A stretch of 64,000 nucleotides of DNA, taken from contig CATNEN010000039.1 in the NCBI GenBank assembly GCA_950097015.1, positions 20,832,001 through 20,896,000 of the forward strand, written 5' to 3'. Positions 36,432-50,500 of the stretch are shown piece after piece (within the stretch, counting starts at the first letter, position 1; the number at the start of each line of letters is the position of its first letter). This stretch comes from Macrostomum hystrix (taxonomy: Eukaryota; Animalia; Platyhelminthes). Under the pieces are notes generated by a model. That model had not been told where the DNA came from and made no database searches. It was given only the letters and a program-made list of their open reading frames with translations. Position numbers and translations under genes: made by a program.

Positions 36432-38696
36432 TGTATTCGTGAGATATGCTCAGTGTGATATTCGTGTGATGCTCAGTGTGATATTCGTGTGATGCTCAGT
36501 GTGATATTCATGTGATGCTCAGTGTGATATTCATGCGATATTCATGTGATGCCCAGTGTGTTATCCATGTGATATTAATGTGATATTCATGTGATGCCCA
36601 GTGTGTTATCCATGGTATATTAATGTGATATTCATGTGATGCCCAGTGTGTTATCCATGGTATATTAATGTGATATTCATGCGATGCCCAGTGTGTTATC
36701 CATGTGATATTCATGTGATATTCATGCGATGCCCAGTGTGTTATCCATGTGATATTCATGTGATATTCATGCGATGCCCAGTGTGTTATCCATGTGATAT
36801 TCATGTGATGCCCAGTGTGTTATCCATGTGATATTCATGTGATATTCATGCGATGCCCAGTGTGTTATCCATGTGATATTAATGTGATATTCATGTGATG
36901 CCCAGTGTGTTATCCATGGTATATTAATGTGATATTCATGTGATGCCCAGTGTGTTATCCATGGTATATTAATGTGATATTCATGCGATGCCCAGTGTGT
37001 TATCCATGTGATATTCATGTGATATTCATGCGATGCCCAGTGTGTTATCCATGTGATATTCATGTGATATTCATGCGATGCCCAGTGTGTTATCCATGTG
37101 ATATTCATGTGATGCCCAGTGTGTTATCCATGTGATATTAATGTGATATTCATGTGATGCCCAGTGTGTTATCCATGGTATATTCATGTGATATTCATGC
37201 GATGCCCAGTGTGTTATCCATGTGATATTCATGTGATATTCATGTGATGCCCAGTGTGTTATCCATATGTTATTCATGTGATATTCATGCGATGCCCAGT
37301 GTGTTATCCATGTGATATTCATGCGATGCCCAGTGTGTTATCCATGTGATATTAATGTGATATTCATGCGATGCCCAGTGTGTTATCCATGTGATATTCA
37401 TGTGATATTCATGCGATGCCCAGTGTGTTATCCATGTGATATTCATGTGATGCCCAGTGTGTTATCCATGTGATATTAATGTGATATTCATGTGATGCCC
37501 AGTGCGTTATCCATGGTATATTCATGTGATATTCATGCGATGCCCAGTGTGTTATCCATGTGATATTCATGTGATATTCATGCGATGCCCAGTGTGTTAT
37601 CCATGTGATATTCATGTGATATTCATGCGATGCCCGTGTGTTATCCATGTGATATTCATGTGATATTCATGTGATGCCCAGTGTGTTATTCATGTGATAT
37701 TCATGTGATGCCCAGTGTGTTATTCATGTGATATTCATGTGATATTCATGTGATGCCCAGTGTGTTATCCATGTGATATTAATGTGATATTCATGTGATG
37801 CCCAGTGTGATATTCATGTGATATTCATATGATATTCATGTGATATTCATGTGATGCCCAGTGTGTTATCCATGTGATATTCATGTGATATTCATGCGAT
37901 GCCCGTGTGTTATCCATGTGATATTCATGTGATATTCATGTGATTCCCAGTGTGTTATTCATGTGATATTCATGTGATGCCCAGTGTGTTATTCATGTGA
38001 TATTCATGTGATTCCCAGTGTGTTATTCATGTGATATTCATGTTATATTCATGTGATATTCATGTGATTCCCAGTGTGTTATTCATGTGATATTCATGTG
38101 ATGCCCAGTGTGTTATTCATGTGATATTCATGTGATTCCCAGTGTGTTATTCATGTGATATTCATGTGATATTCATGTGATATTCATGTGATTCCCAGTG
38201 TGTTTTTCATGTGATATTCATGTGATGCCAAGTGTGTTATTCATGTGATATTCATGTGATTCCCAGTGTGTTATTCATGTGTTATTCATGTGATATTCAT
38301 GTGATATTCATGTGATATTCATGTGATATTCATGTGATGCCCAGTGTGTTATCCATGTGATATTCATGTGATTCCCAGTGTGTTATTCATGTGATATTCA
38401 TGTGATATTCATGTGATATTCATGTGATTCCCAGTGTGTTATTCATGTGATATTCATGTGATGCCCAGTGTGTTATTCATGTGATATTCATGTGATTCCC
38501 AGTGTGTTATTCATGTGATATTCATGTGATATTCATGTGATATTCATGTGATTCCCAGTGTGTTATTCATGTGATATTCATGTGATGCCCAGTGTGTTAT
38601 TCATGTGATATTCATGTGATTCCCAGTGTGTTATTCATGTGATATTCATGTGATATTCATGTGATATTCATGTGATATTCATGTGATGCCCAGTGT
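36432..38696. repeat. Composite satellite of 11-bp GTGATATTCAT and 23-bp GTGATGCCCAGTGTGTTATCCAT modules
   Basis: 45-bp (11+11+23) and 34-bp combinations visible. Confidence 0.95.
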
Positions 38697-39078
38697 ATTC
38701 TCATTTAAACAAAACGCATTAAATTATTTTTGCATTTTCATTTAAAGGAAATTTTGGGAAGCGAGTTCTTTTAATTGAGTTCTGTCTGCCGAGGCAACTT
38801 CTACCTGGATTTAGCCCTGATCGGCAAAACTCTTAGCCCCACTTTTAATCACCTGCTGAATCCCTGGCGCGCTTGTAAAGAGAGACAAGAAATCAGGAAA
38901 TTTGAGGCCAAATCGTGCCAGCATTCAATTTGAGACCACCTCTGCCCTCCTTGGTGAGATAAGCTATCAGCCCCTGATGCAAGCGCGGAAAATTTAGGAG
39001 ATGAAATTTAACATTTAAATTTGATGAGTAAAATGCAATACTGATTTGAGATAAAGGTATAAAGAGAAAAATAGTAAT

Positions 39079-41570
39079 GGGAGTGAATGAAGGGAGTGAA
39101 TGAAGTGAGTGAATGAAGGGAGCGAATCAAGGGAGTGGATGAAGGGAGTGAATGAAGGGAGCGAATGACGGGGGTGAATAAAGGGAGTGAATGAAGTGAG
39201 TGAATGAAGGGGGAGAATGAAGGGAGCGAATGAAGGGAGCGAATGAAGGGAGTGAATGAAGGGAGCTAATGAAGGGATGAATGAAGGGAGTGAATGAAGG
39301 GAGCGAATGAAGGGATGAATGAAGGGAGTGAATGAAGGGAGTGAATGAAGGGAGTGAATGAAGTGAGTGAATGAAGGGGGAGAATGAAGGGAGCGAATGA
39401 AGGGAGCGAATGAAGGGATGAATGAAGGGAGCGAATGAAGGGGGTGAATGAAGGGACTGAATGAAGGGAGCGAATGAAGGGAGCGAATGAAGTGAGTGAA
39501 TGAAGGGAGCGAATGAAGGGATGAATGAAGGGAGTGAATGAAGGGAGCGAATGAAGGGATGAATGAAGGGAGTGAATGAAGGGAGTGAACGAAGGGAGTG
39601 AATGAAGTGAGTGAATGAAGGGGGTGAATGAAGGGAGTGAATGAAGGGAGTGAATGAAGGGAGTGAATGAAGGGAGCGAATGAAGGGATGAATGAAGGGA
39701 GTGAATGAAGGGAGCGAATGAAGGGATGAATGAAGGGAGTGAATGAAGGGAGTGAATGAAGGGAGTGAATGAAGGGGGAGAATGAAGGGAGCGAATGAAG
39801 GGAGCGAATGAAGGGATGAATGAAGGGAGCGAATGAAGGGGGTGAATGAAGGGAGTGAATGAAGGGATGAATGAAGGGAGTGAATGAAGGGAGCGAATGA
39901 AGGGATGAATGAAGGGAGTGAATGAAGGGAGCGAATGAAGGGATGAATGAAGGGAGTGAATGAAGGGAGTGAATGAAGGGAGTGAATGAAGTGAGTGAAT
40001 GAAGGGGGTGAATGAAGGGAGTGAATGAAGGGAGCGAATGAAGGGAGTGAATGAAGGGAGTGAATGAAGGGAGCGAATGAAGGGATGAATGAAGGGAGTG
40101 AATGAAGGGAGCGAATGAAGGGATGAATGAAGGGAGTGAATGAAGGGATGAATGAAGGGAGTGAATGAAGGGAGCGAATGAAGGGATGAATGAAGGGAGT
40201 GAATGAAGGGAGTGAATGAAGGGAGTGAATGAAGTGAGTGAATGAAGGGGGTGAATGAAGGGAGTGAATGAAGGGAGCGAATGAAGGGAGTGAATGAAGG
40301 GAGTGAATGAAGGGAGCGAATGAAGGGATGAATGAAGGGAGTGAATGAAGGGAGCGAATGAAGGGATGAATGAAGGGAGTGAATGAAGGGAGTGAATGAA
40401 GTGAGTGAATGAAGGGGGTGAATGAAGGGAGTGAATGAAGGGAGCGAATGAAGGGATGAATGAAGGGAGTGAATGAAGGGAGCGAATGAAGGGATGAATG
40501 AAGGGAGTGAATGAAGGGAGTGAATGAAGGGAGTGAATGAAGTGAGTGAATGAAGGGGGTGAATGAAGGGAGTGAATGAAGGGAGCGAATGAAGGGAGTG
40601 AATGAAGGGAGCGAATGAAGGGATGAATGAAGGGAGTGAATGAAGGGAGCGAATGAAGGGATGAATGAAGGGAGTGAATGAAGGGAGCGAATGAAGGGAT
40701 GAATGAAGGGAGTGAATGAAGGGAGTGAATGAAGGGAGTGAATAAAGGGAGCGAATGAAGGGGGAGAATGAAGGGAGCGAATGAAGGGAGCGAATGAAGG
40801 GACTGAATGAAGGGAGCGAATGAAGGGAGCGAATGAAGGGAGTGAATGAAGGGAGCGAATGAAGGGATGAATGAAGGGAGTGAATGAAGGGAGCGAATGA
40901 AGGGATGAATGAAGGGAGTAAATGAAGGGAGCGCATGAAGGGAGTGAATGAAGGGAGCGAATGAAGGGATGAATGAAGGGAGTGAATGAAGGGAGCGAAT
41001 GAAGGGAGTGAATGAAGGGAGCGAATGAAGGGATGAATGAAGGGATGAATGAAGGGAGCGAATGAAGGGGGTGAATGAAGGGAGTGAATGAAGGGATGAA
41101 TGAAGGGAGTAAATGAAGGGAACGAATGAAGGGATGAATGAAGGGAGTGAATGAAGGGAGCGAATGAAGGGATGAATGAAGGGAGTGAATGAAAGGAGTG
41201 AATGAAGGGAGTGAATGAAGTGAGTGAATGAAGGGGGTGAATGAAGGGAGTGAATGAAGGGAGCGAATGAAGGGAGTGAAAGAAGGGAGTGAATGAAGGG
41301 AGCGAATGAAGAGGGTGAATGAAGGGAGCGAATGAAGGGGGTGAATGAAGGGACTGAATGAAGGGAGTGAATGAAGGGAGTGAATGAAGTGAGTGAATGA
41401 AGGGGATGAATGAAGGGAGTGAATGAAGGGAGTGAATGAAGTGATTGAATGAAGGGAGTGAATGAAGAGAGTGAATGAAGGGAGTGAATGAAGGGAGTGA
41501 ATGAAGGGAGTGAATGAAGGGAGTGAATGAAGGGAGTGAATGAAGGGAGTGAATGAAGGGAGTGAATGAA
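39079..41570. repeat. Purine-rich minisatellite, 12/13-bp unit GAATGAAGGGAGT
   Basis: About 2.5 kb of tandem units; source of the 860/822/556-aa spurious ORFs. Confidence 0.97.
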
Positions 41571-42057
41571 TAAATAGAAACAAATCATACGACACATTTA
41601 AAAAAGTCTTGAAAAGGTTCGTTAAAATTTAATTAAGTGTTTAAATTTCTTAATCTAGACGAGAAAGCCGAGATTAAAGATTAATTTATAAATTTTGCTT
41701 CAAGAAAGCACAACAAAGCAAAATTCTAACGGATTTCGGACGCTTGCAAAAGTACGGGGAGAAAAGAACTGACATGCAATAAATTGGAATGTTTTTAACT
41801 ACGGCTAGAACTGTTGGCCTAAATGTACTTTTTGGTCACTATGTACAGACACGAAGCTATTTCGGAGACACCACTGAAGTGATGTACTTTTAGACTTAAA
41901 AAAAGTCAACTGGATAAGCAATATTTCTCTAATAAGTTATTTATACTTCAGAACGACATTGTCACCTGATTATCACTCTCTCTCCTCTCTTCCTAACCCT
42001 CTCTCCTCTACTTCTCACCGCCAGTCTCATTCTACTTTTCCCAGTTCTCATCTTCTC

Positions 42058-43958
42058 TCAGTCGTCATCGGCTTTGCAGGCCTTGGTCGAGTCGCAGTCA
42101 CCGGCGGTCGATGTTGAATCGGTGAACTGCGACATCCGGGTTGGGACTCGCGACGGCCCGCTAGTCAGCATGGCAACAAACTCCGGGAAGTCGATCAGGC
42201 CATCGCCATTAGCATCAACCTCGCGGAGCATCTCCTGGGCGTCGGCTAGCGACACCTCAGAGTGACCCAGAGCAGTCAGGACATCCTTGAGCTCCGAGGC
42301 GCTGATGAAGCCGTTGGCGTCCTTGTCGAAGACTCGGAATGCGGCCAAGAGTTCATCCTCGGAGTCGTCGCCACCGTATGTTGGCGACGGCTGTCTGGAA
42401 GTCGACGACGCTGACTCTCGCGACACTCGGCGCCGGCGTCGACGACCGTCGGCGCCCTCACGCAAGCGACGCTCTGACTGGATCAGCTGGATGAACTCGT
42501 CGAACTCGATTGTGCCGTTGCCGTCGCGGTCGATGCGGCGCAGGAGCTCCTGGGAGTGGGAGGTTGCCGAAGGCTCTGACAAGACACTTACTTCTTCAGC
42601 CCTGATTGGCAATCTTTTTAATATTCTAAAAACAATACAATCCATCTTCTCAAATCTACACACATTTGCTCTATTTGCGCGTGCTGATATAGGAAAACAT
42701 CAATTTTGTGTCTGTCCACTGCTAGAATCACCCACCCACCTCCACTGCTAGAATCACCCACCCACCTCCACTGCTAGAATCACCCACCCACCTCCACCGC
42801 TAGAATCACCCACCCACCTCCACCGCTAGAATCACCCACCCACCTCCACTGCTAGAATCACCCACCCACCTCCACTGCTAGAATCACCCACCCACCTCCA
42901 CTGCTAGAATCACCCACCCACCTCCACTGCTAGAATCACCCACCCACCTCCACTGCTAGAATCACCCACCCACCTCCACCGCTAGAATCACCCACCCACC
43001 TCCACCGCTAGAATCACCCACCCACCTCCACCGCTAGAATCACCCACCCACCTCCACTGCTAGAATCACCCACCCACCTCCACCGCTAGAATCACCCACC
43101 CACCTCCACCGCTAGAATCACCCACCCACCTCCACTGCTAGAATCACCCACCCACCTCCACTGCTAGAATCACCCACCCACCTCCACTGCTAGAATCACC
43201 CACCCACCTCCACTGCTAGAATCACCCACCCACCTCCACCGCTAGAATCACCCACCCACCTCCACCGCTAGAATCACCCACCCACCTCCACCGCTAGAAT
43301 CACCCACCCACCTCCACTGCTAGAATCACCCACCCACCTCCACCGCTAGAATCACCCACCCACCTCCACCGCTAGAATCACCCACCCACCTCCACTGCTA
43401 GAATCACACACCCACCTCCACTGCTAGAATCACACACCCACCTCCACTGCTAGAATCACCCACCCACCTCCACTGCTAGAATCACACACCCACCTCCACT
43501 GCTAGAATCACACACCCACCTCAACTGTTTTGAGCCTGATCCACCCACCAACACCCACCCACCCCTCTTCCACTGTCGGAGCTCACCTGCAGCTGCGCAG
43601 CGGTGAGTGATAGTCCAATGCATCGAAGGACGGTGCCCAGCTCCTCTGTCGTTATGCAGCCGTCGCCGTCCTTATCAAAGAGCCTAAAAGTCTCCTGAAG
43701 AATTTGCAGCTCGGCTGCCGATACCAGCAGTAGCTCTTCATCACCGTCGTCCGAGGCGGCGGCCGTAGCTGAAGCGGCTGCTGCGGCTGAAGACCCAGGG
43801 CTGGTCGTCGCTGGTTCGCTCTCCTTGCCATCCAGCAGATGCATCAGATTTTTGTCCGCAAACATTGACGGCGTCCGCTTCTCCAGCTCGTCTTCCTGGG
43901 GCGGCGGAATCGTCGACTTCGAATTGCGGGCATCGCGCTTGAAATTCGACGAAGACAT
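42058..43958 (-). CDS. Calmodulin-like four-EF-hand protein; exons 43958-43587, 42549-42058
   Basis: EF loops [48 protein letters not shown]. Phase-0 junction CAG|gtgagc..cccag|GAG. Confidence 0.92.
42716..43521. repeat. Minisatellite, 26-bp unit CCACTGCTAGAATCACCCACCCACCT in the calmodulin-like intron
   Basis: About 31 tandem units. Confidence 0.97.
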
Positions 43959-44340
43959 TGTTGCGATAGGGTGCGCGCGTTCGTGCGTTCAGCGACTGTA
44001 GGACTTGATGATACTGAAATCTCCGTCACACTATTAAGCCTTTGCTTTGAGTATGCTTTGAGCAGTAGGGCAAAGGGAAGGCTTGCTAATATATTATTCC
44101 AGGAGCTGTACGACGAGCTCCGTTCTGAGCTCCCTCCCGGCAGATAGGCCAATCGGCGGCCTCGACTCTAAGGATATGAAGGGAGCTCAGGAGCTTTTCC
44201 TGTCCCAAACCGCATGCATGCATACTTTCAGTGCCACTGTCCGCATTCTAGTTTCACAGTCCTCACCCCCCACTGTGTTTTAGTCCTTTACACCTTTCCT
44301 TCCTTCTTTCGTCTATTATTCAGCTTTGTTTGTTTCACTG

Positions 44341-44870
44341 GGAAGAGGTCGCGAGTTCGATCTCAGCAGAGGGGAATCGATTTGTGTCCTTGAACACTCA
44401 ATTCCCTATAACAATAATAATAATTACAGACTGGCTGCACGCAATGGCACATCATTTGGTGACACTAGACCCGAAGCCAGCGAGGAGGCAATTCTGCCCA
44501 TTTCGCTGACTCCTGAGCACAAACGCACACAGATACTGTACGCAAGCACATTCTCACACAGTTGCGTTCATCTGACCCGTATTTTTCATCGTCAGGCAGT
44601 GTGCACTCTCACTGTGTCTTGGAGGTTGGCCCTCAAGGGCGTAAATTGCACGACAAGCCCCCAAGGACCTTGGTGCGAGAGGCAAACGCGTCAACCGCTC
44701 TGCCACTCACCACCTTCTCAATTTCTTACAGTGCTTCAGTTCACCAAATGATGTGAAAAGGGTATCAGCTTCAGTTGGGATAGAAATTTGGGCGGTCGTG
44801 GCGCCCTTCCCAGTCCATGGACTGAACACGTGTACACACGGACTGTAGCCATATCTGACTTATTATAATT
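44341..44870 (+). mobile_element. Old CORE-SINE (family B-like) interrupted by a family A SINE
   Basis: B box and start of CORE at 44341-44407. The rest (GCTTCAGTTCACC..CCCAGTCCATGGACTGAACA) resumes at 44717. Confidence 0.75.
44408..44716 (-). mobile_element. SINE family A copy with internal deletion
   Basis: Reverse complement of 6797-7180, lacking the B-box segment. Confidence 0.88.
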
Positions 44871-45409
44871 TTTAATTATATCTATCGGCATGCAGGATTT
44901 CGCCCACTCAAGCTGGGGCAAACTAGATAACTTGTCTGCCCCATCGTGAGCGCTGTGTCCCATAGTCTGGGCTAATTAGATACAAGTTGCCGCAGTATAT
45001 GGGACCTGTCCTGTCCTAGGGAAGATGGAAAAGGAGGGGCAGCGCAAGGACTGGGATAAATACAGCTTCGAGCGGAGGATGTGGCTGCGGGTTGGGAAGG
45101 CAGGCGAGCTAGAACTCGAATAATTCACCCCTCCAAATCCTTTAATTTCGAGTCAGCCCGCCCTTTAGCTGTTCCGAATCGAGAAAACGAGGATAAAGCC
45201 TTCGTTTGTGACGGTTTTTCGCAAGGCCTGAAATCTCTTTGAGGTAGCAGGGAATAATATTTTCCAGCCTAGCAGCGTTCCATTCCTTTGCCTTGGTGAT
45301 TAAGCATTTGCTTTAGCCAGCAATTAACCTTCAGCACGTTCCTTTCTTTTTATTGATCTTCTTTGCAAATGTTGTACAGCCTTTGACTGTTATTAGCCAT
45401 TCATCTATA

Positions 45410-46012
45410 CTCTCTACCCTCCTCCACTCTCCCTACCCCTCCTCCACTCTCCCTACCCCTCCTCCACTCTCCCTACCCCTCCTCCACTCTCCCTACCCCT
45501 CCTCCACTCTCCCTACCCCTCCTCCACTCTCCCTACCCCTCCTCCACTCTCCCTACCCCTCCTCCACTCTCCCTATCCCTCCTCCACTCTCCCTATCCCT
45601 CCTCCACTCTCCCTACCCCTCCTCCACTCTCCCTACCCTTCCTCCACTCTCCCTACCCCTCCTCCACTCTCCCTACCCCTCCTCCACACTCTCTACCCTC
45701 CTCCACTCTCTCTACCTCTCCTCCACTCTCCCTACCCCTCATCCACACTCTCTACCCCTCCTCCACTCTCCCAACCCCTCCTCCACTCTCCCTATCCCTC
45801 CTCCACTCTCCCTATCCCCCCTTCTCCACACTCACTACCCCTCCTCCACTCTCTCAACCCTTCTCCACACTCTCTACCCTCCTCCACTCTCCCTACCCCT
45901 TCTCCACACTCTCTACCCCCCTCCACTCTCCCTAACCCTCCTCCACTCTCCCTACCCCTCCTCCACTCTCTCTACCCCTCCTCCACTCTCTCTACCCCTC
46001 CTCCACTCTCTC
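45410..46012. repeat. Pyrimidine-rich minisatellite, 20-bp unit CCTCCACTCTCCCTACCCCT
   Basis: Visible tandem units. Confidence 0.95.
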
Positions 46013-46051
46013 CAATCACAATCTAGAAATCGAATCCCAAATTCTATATAC

Positions 46052-46285
46052 AAATCCCCAATCCTGAATTCGAATTCCCAATCCTGAATTTAAATCCCCA
46101 ATCCTGAATTTAAATCCCCAATCCTGAATTTAAATCCCTAATCCTGAATTTAAATCCCCAATCCTGAATTTAAATCCTCAATCCTGAATTTAAATCCCCA
46201 ATCCTGAATTCGAATTCACAATCCTGAATTTAAATCCTCAATCCTGAATTCGAATTCCCAATCCTGAATTCAAATCCCCAATCCC
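46052..46285. repeat. Minisatellite, 20-bp unit ATCCTGAATTTAAATCCCCA
   Basis: Visible tandem units. Confidence 0.93.
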
Positions 46286-46835
46286 AATCCTTAATCCCGA
46301 ATTCCAAACGCTCTCTCAAAATTTGAAATCTCGCTTTAGAATGCGCAAGAATTTCAGACAGATTTTTATCGCTTCTTGCGTGACATGGTACAATAAGAAA
46401 CAATTGTGCAATTACCTTAACCGCTATTATTGGTTTAGTGCTTCACATCTGATAATAATGGTGCAAAAAGAACAATTTATGAGAACTTAGTTGACTAGTT
46501 GGGGAAGCTTAAAAATACCTAAATGTTAATATAGACCTTTAACAAATTTAAATTAGTCGAGGAAAAGATTAGAACGAAAAAGTCATTACGCGCTACTAAA
46601 AGTAGCACAAGCAAGCGCACAGATAATTTTTGGCAAAAAGTGTTAACTTAATAGAAATAATAGCTGTTGAAATACATTTATCAGAATATTTTGTGGCTAA
46701 TATTGTATATAGTTCTTTTACGAAATATTCACACAATAACACTGTAAATTCTTATAGCATTAAAAATTTAGGAAACTTTTGGATGCAAATTAAAGGGCTG
46801 TGTGTTTCCGATTTAAGATTGTGTATTCAAGTCTT

Positions 46836-47528
46836 GGGATTGTGGATTCCATTGGTGGGATTGTGGATTCCATTGGTGGGATTGTGGATTCCATTGGTGG
46901 GATTGTGGATTCCATAGGTGGGATTGTGGATTCCATAGGTGGGATTGTGCATTCCATAGGTGGGATTGTGGATTCCATTAATAGGATTGCGGATTCCATT
47001 GGTGGGATTGTGGATTCCATTGGTGGGATTGTGGATTCCATAGGTGGGATTGTGGATTCCATAGGTGGGATTGTGCATTCCATAGGTGGGATTGTGGATT
47101 CCATTAATAGGATTGCGGATTCCATTGGTGGGATTGTGCATTCCATTGGTGGGATTGTGGATTCCATAGGTGGGATTGTGCATTCCATAGGTGGGATTGT
47201 GGATTCCAAAGGTGGGATTGTGGATTCCATAGGTTGGATTGTGGATTCCATAGGTGGGATTGTGGATTCCATAGGTGGGATTGTGGATTCCAAAGGTGGG
47301 ATTGTGGATTCCATAGGTTGGATTGTGGATTCCATAGGTGGGATTGTGGATTCCATTGGTGGGATTGTGGATTCCATAGGTGGGATTGTGCATTCCATAG
47401 GTGGGATTGTGGATTCCATAGGTTGGATTGTGGATTCCATTAATAGGATTGCGGATTCCATTGGTGGGATTGTGGATTCCATTGGTGATTGTGGATTCCA
47501 TTGGTGGGTTTGTGGATTCCATTGGTGA
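46836..47528. repeat. Minisatellite, 21-bp unit GGGATTGTGGATTCCATAGGT
   Basis: Visible tandem units just 3' of the claudin-like stop codon. Confidence 0.95.
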
Positions 47529-47598
47529 ATCCAATCCAATCCAGTATGGGGATTATTTTTTCGATCTTTTTTACCTATTTTTTATTTTCGGATTGTGT

Positions 47599-50500
47599 TC
47601 AAACTCGGCCAATCAGGACCTCTTCGTTGGCCTCGGCTGTCTTCCTGTCCGGGGCCCGTTCGTCCTTGAGCTTCCGGCTGTACAGCAGGAACACGAAGGC
47701 AGCCAACCCGCTGACCACCGCCGAGGCGATGACGAAACCCAAGCTGTAGCCGTGAGACCAGGACAGAACCCGAACCAGAACCCGAGCTCTGGCGTGCGCG
47801 CCAGTCTCTTCTGTCGACGCTGAGTTGGCCGCCGCGACGGCTGTCGGCGAGGCGTCGGCGTTTGTCATCAACTCGCGCGGAAATTTGATCAACTTCCTTC
47901 CGGCCTGCTCAGCCCGCAACATCCGGCTGTAGACATCGATGCAGACGACCTGGCAGGCCACTGTCGGTTCAAGAGATCGCCTTTGTTCATGAGGGTCTCA
48001 CGGGGGTGTTAGACGCGTCTCATGGGGTGTAGGACGTGTCTTCTGAGGTGTTAGACAGGCTGTTTGGATGTGTTAGACATGGTATCTCGAAGTGTTAGAC
48101 AAGGTGTCTGGATGTGTTAGACATGGTGTCTCGATGTGTTAGATTTGGTTTCTGACAGTGTGAAGCTTTTAGACAGGTTGCCTGGATGTGTTAGACTAGG
48201 TGTCTGAATGTGTTAGACAAGTTGGCTGGATGTGTTAGACAAAGTGTCTCGATGTGTTAGACAAGGTTTCTGGGTGTGTTAGACTAGGTATCTGGAGGTG
48301 TTAGACAAGGTGTTTGGAGGTGTTAGACAAGGTGCCTGGAGGTGTTAGACAAGGTGTCTGGAGGTGTTAGACAAGGTGTTTGGAGGTGTTAGACAAGGTG
48401 CTTCAAGGTGTTAGACAAGGTGTTTGGATGTGTTAGACAAGGTGCCTCGAGGTGTTAGACAAGGTGTTTGGATGTGTTAGACAAGGTGTCTGGATGTGCT
48501 AGACAAGGTGTCTGAATGTGTTAGACAAGTTGGCTGGATGTGTTAGACAAAGTGTCTCGATGTGTTAGACAAGGTTTCTGGGTGTGTTAGACTAGGTATC
48601 TGGAGGTGTTAGACAAGGTGTTTGGAGGTGTTAGACAAGGTGCCTGGAGGTGTTAGACAAGGTGTCTGGAGGTGTTAGACAAGGTGTCTGGAGGTGTTAG
48701 ACAAGGTGTTTGGAGGTGTTAGACAAGGTGTTTGGAGGTGTTAGACAAGGTGCCTGGAGGTGTTAGACTAGGTATCTGGAGGTGTTAGACAAGGTGTCTG
48801 GAGGTGTTAGACAAGGTGCCTGGAGGTGTTAGACAAGGTGTCTGGAGGTGTTAGACAAGGTGTTTGGAGGTGTTAGACAAGGTGTTTGGATGTGTTAGAC
48901 AAGGTGTTTGGAGGTGTTAGACAAGGTGTTTGGAGGTGTTAGACAAGGTGCTTGGAGGTGTTAGACAAGGTGTCTGGAGGTGTTAGACAAGGTGTTTGGA
49001 GGTGTTAGACAAGGTGCTTGGAGGTGTTAGACAAGGTGTCTGGAGGTGTTAGACAAGGTGTCTGGATGTGTGGAGCTGTTAGACAGGTTGCCTGGCGGTG
49101 TTAGACAAGGTTGTCAGCTTATTTTAGACCGTGGGTCTGCACAGTTCTCTCGTTGATAAAATCTGCAGTTCAGCGAACCGAAATTAAACGGCATGACCCC
49201 GCACAGGCGGTTGTTAAGCGATACCCCCCAACCGCAGGACGCTCGACTGGCTTTGTTAATTGCGTTGATAACAATTTGATTTGATTTCGATCAAAAATTT
49301 GAATTTGGGTGCCGCGGTTGGCCCTGATATTTGCTTTCCGCGTTTGCTTTTTTCCGCTCCAATGAGGCCAAGGTTTTCAATTCTGTTTCGCATTTTAGCC
49401 TTTAGGTTTTTTGTGGCTTGCGACCTGACGTACCCCCTATTTATTATTACTATTTTTATGCCCGATAGGAACAAGCCTGAAGCTCAAGTGGTATAATAAT
49501 AATAATAATATAATTGATTACGCCTGCCCCAATCGGGCCAGATGTGCAGCCGACAGCACAGCCGCAGCTATTGCGCGGCGCATCTGAAGGCTGCGTACAG
49601 CTGTTCAGTCCATGGACTGGGGGGACGCCACACCCACCTTCAATTATCCCAGCTGATGCTGGTACCCATTTAACAGCTGGGTGAACTGAAGCAATGCAGA
49701 GTTAAGTGTCTTGCTAAAGGACACAAATTGTTTCAGTGGAGTCGGGAATCGAACCCCCGACCTTCAAGTCGTTAGTCCGACGCCCTAACCACTAGGCTAC
49801 AACCTCTGTCTTTCCTGTCTTTCAAGTGATAGTATACAACTGCTTGACGATGAGAATGTCAGGGCAGGACTGGTGTCGTGTGTGCTCCACTGAGGTATTT
49901 CAAATACCCGCCTGCCTACTTCACGGCAGCTCCCAAACCGAATGACCGATTTTCGTTAAAGTCCACCATTTTGGATTTAAATCTTCCGCCCTTTACGATG
50001 AACAACTAACTTTACTAGTAGAATTGGTCCTTCTACTAGTAAAATTAACTACTCATCGAAGCCAACAGAAAACATGAGTCTCTCACTCGTCAATCCAAAT
50101 AGGGCTGCCGCCGTTCTTTTGAATGTAAATCGAGGATTCCTCAGAGAATAGACAGCGAAAACATTCGACAAAATGAGCAGCATCAGGCTGATGCCGACGA
50201 ATGAGACTGTGGTGCGAAGCAGGCCTGTTTTCAATAAGAGAAATGTCCGGGCTTCGAGTCTGTAGATTTCAAGTTTGTGCAGTAAATCTAATTAGAGTCA
50301 GTTCAACTGTTACTCAACTGGTCACGTGATCATCCAGCTGCCGCTTGTGCTCGTTAAAAAACAGGTGAACAAGAACATAGTCGTAGGACCTGGAGCCAAC
50401 TGAAAATTAGCGGGCTAAACTATATGCGATTCCTGTCTTTCTGAATATCTGTACTTATCTGTGATCTACTGTCTACTAGACTGTGTTGGCTGTAATCTAC

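Noticed and set aside
39015-41597. 860/822/556-aa ORFs, and similar ones at 11.7, 23.8, 36.5, 45.4, 46.8 and 59.2 kb
   Set aside because: They are translations of stop-free tandem repeats open in several frames, with no unique coding content.
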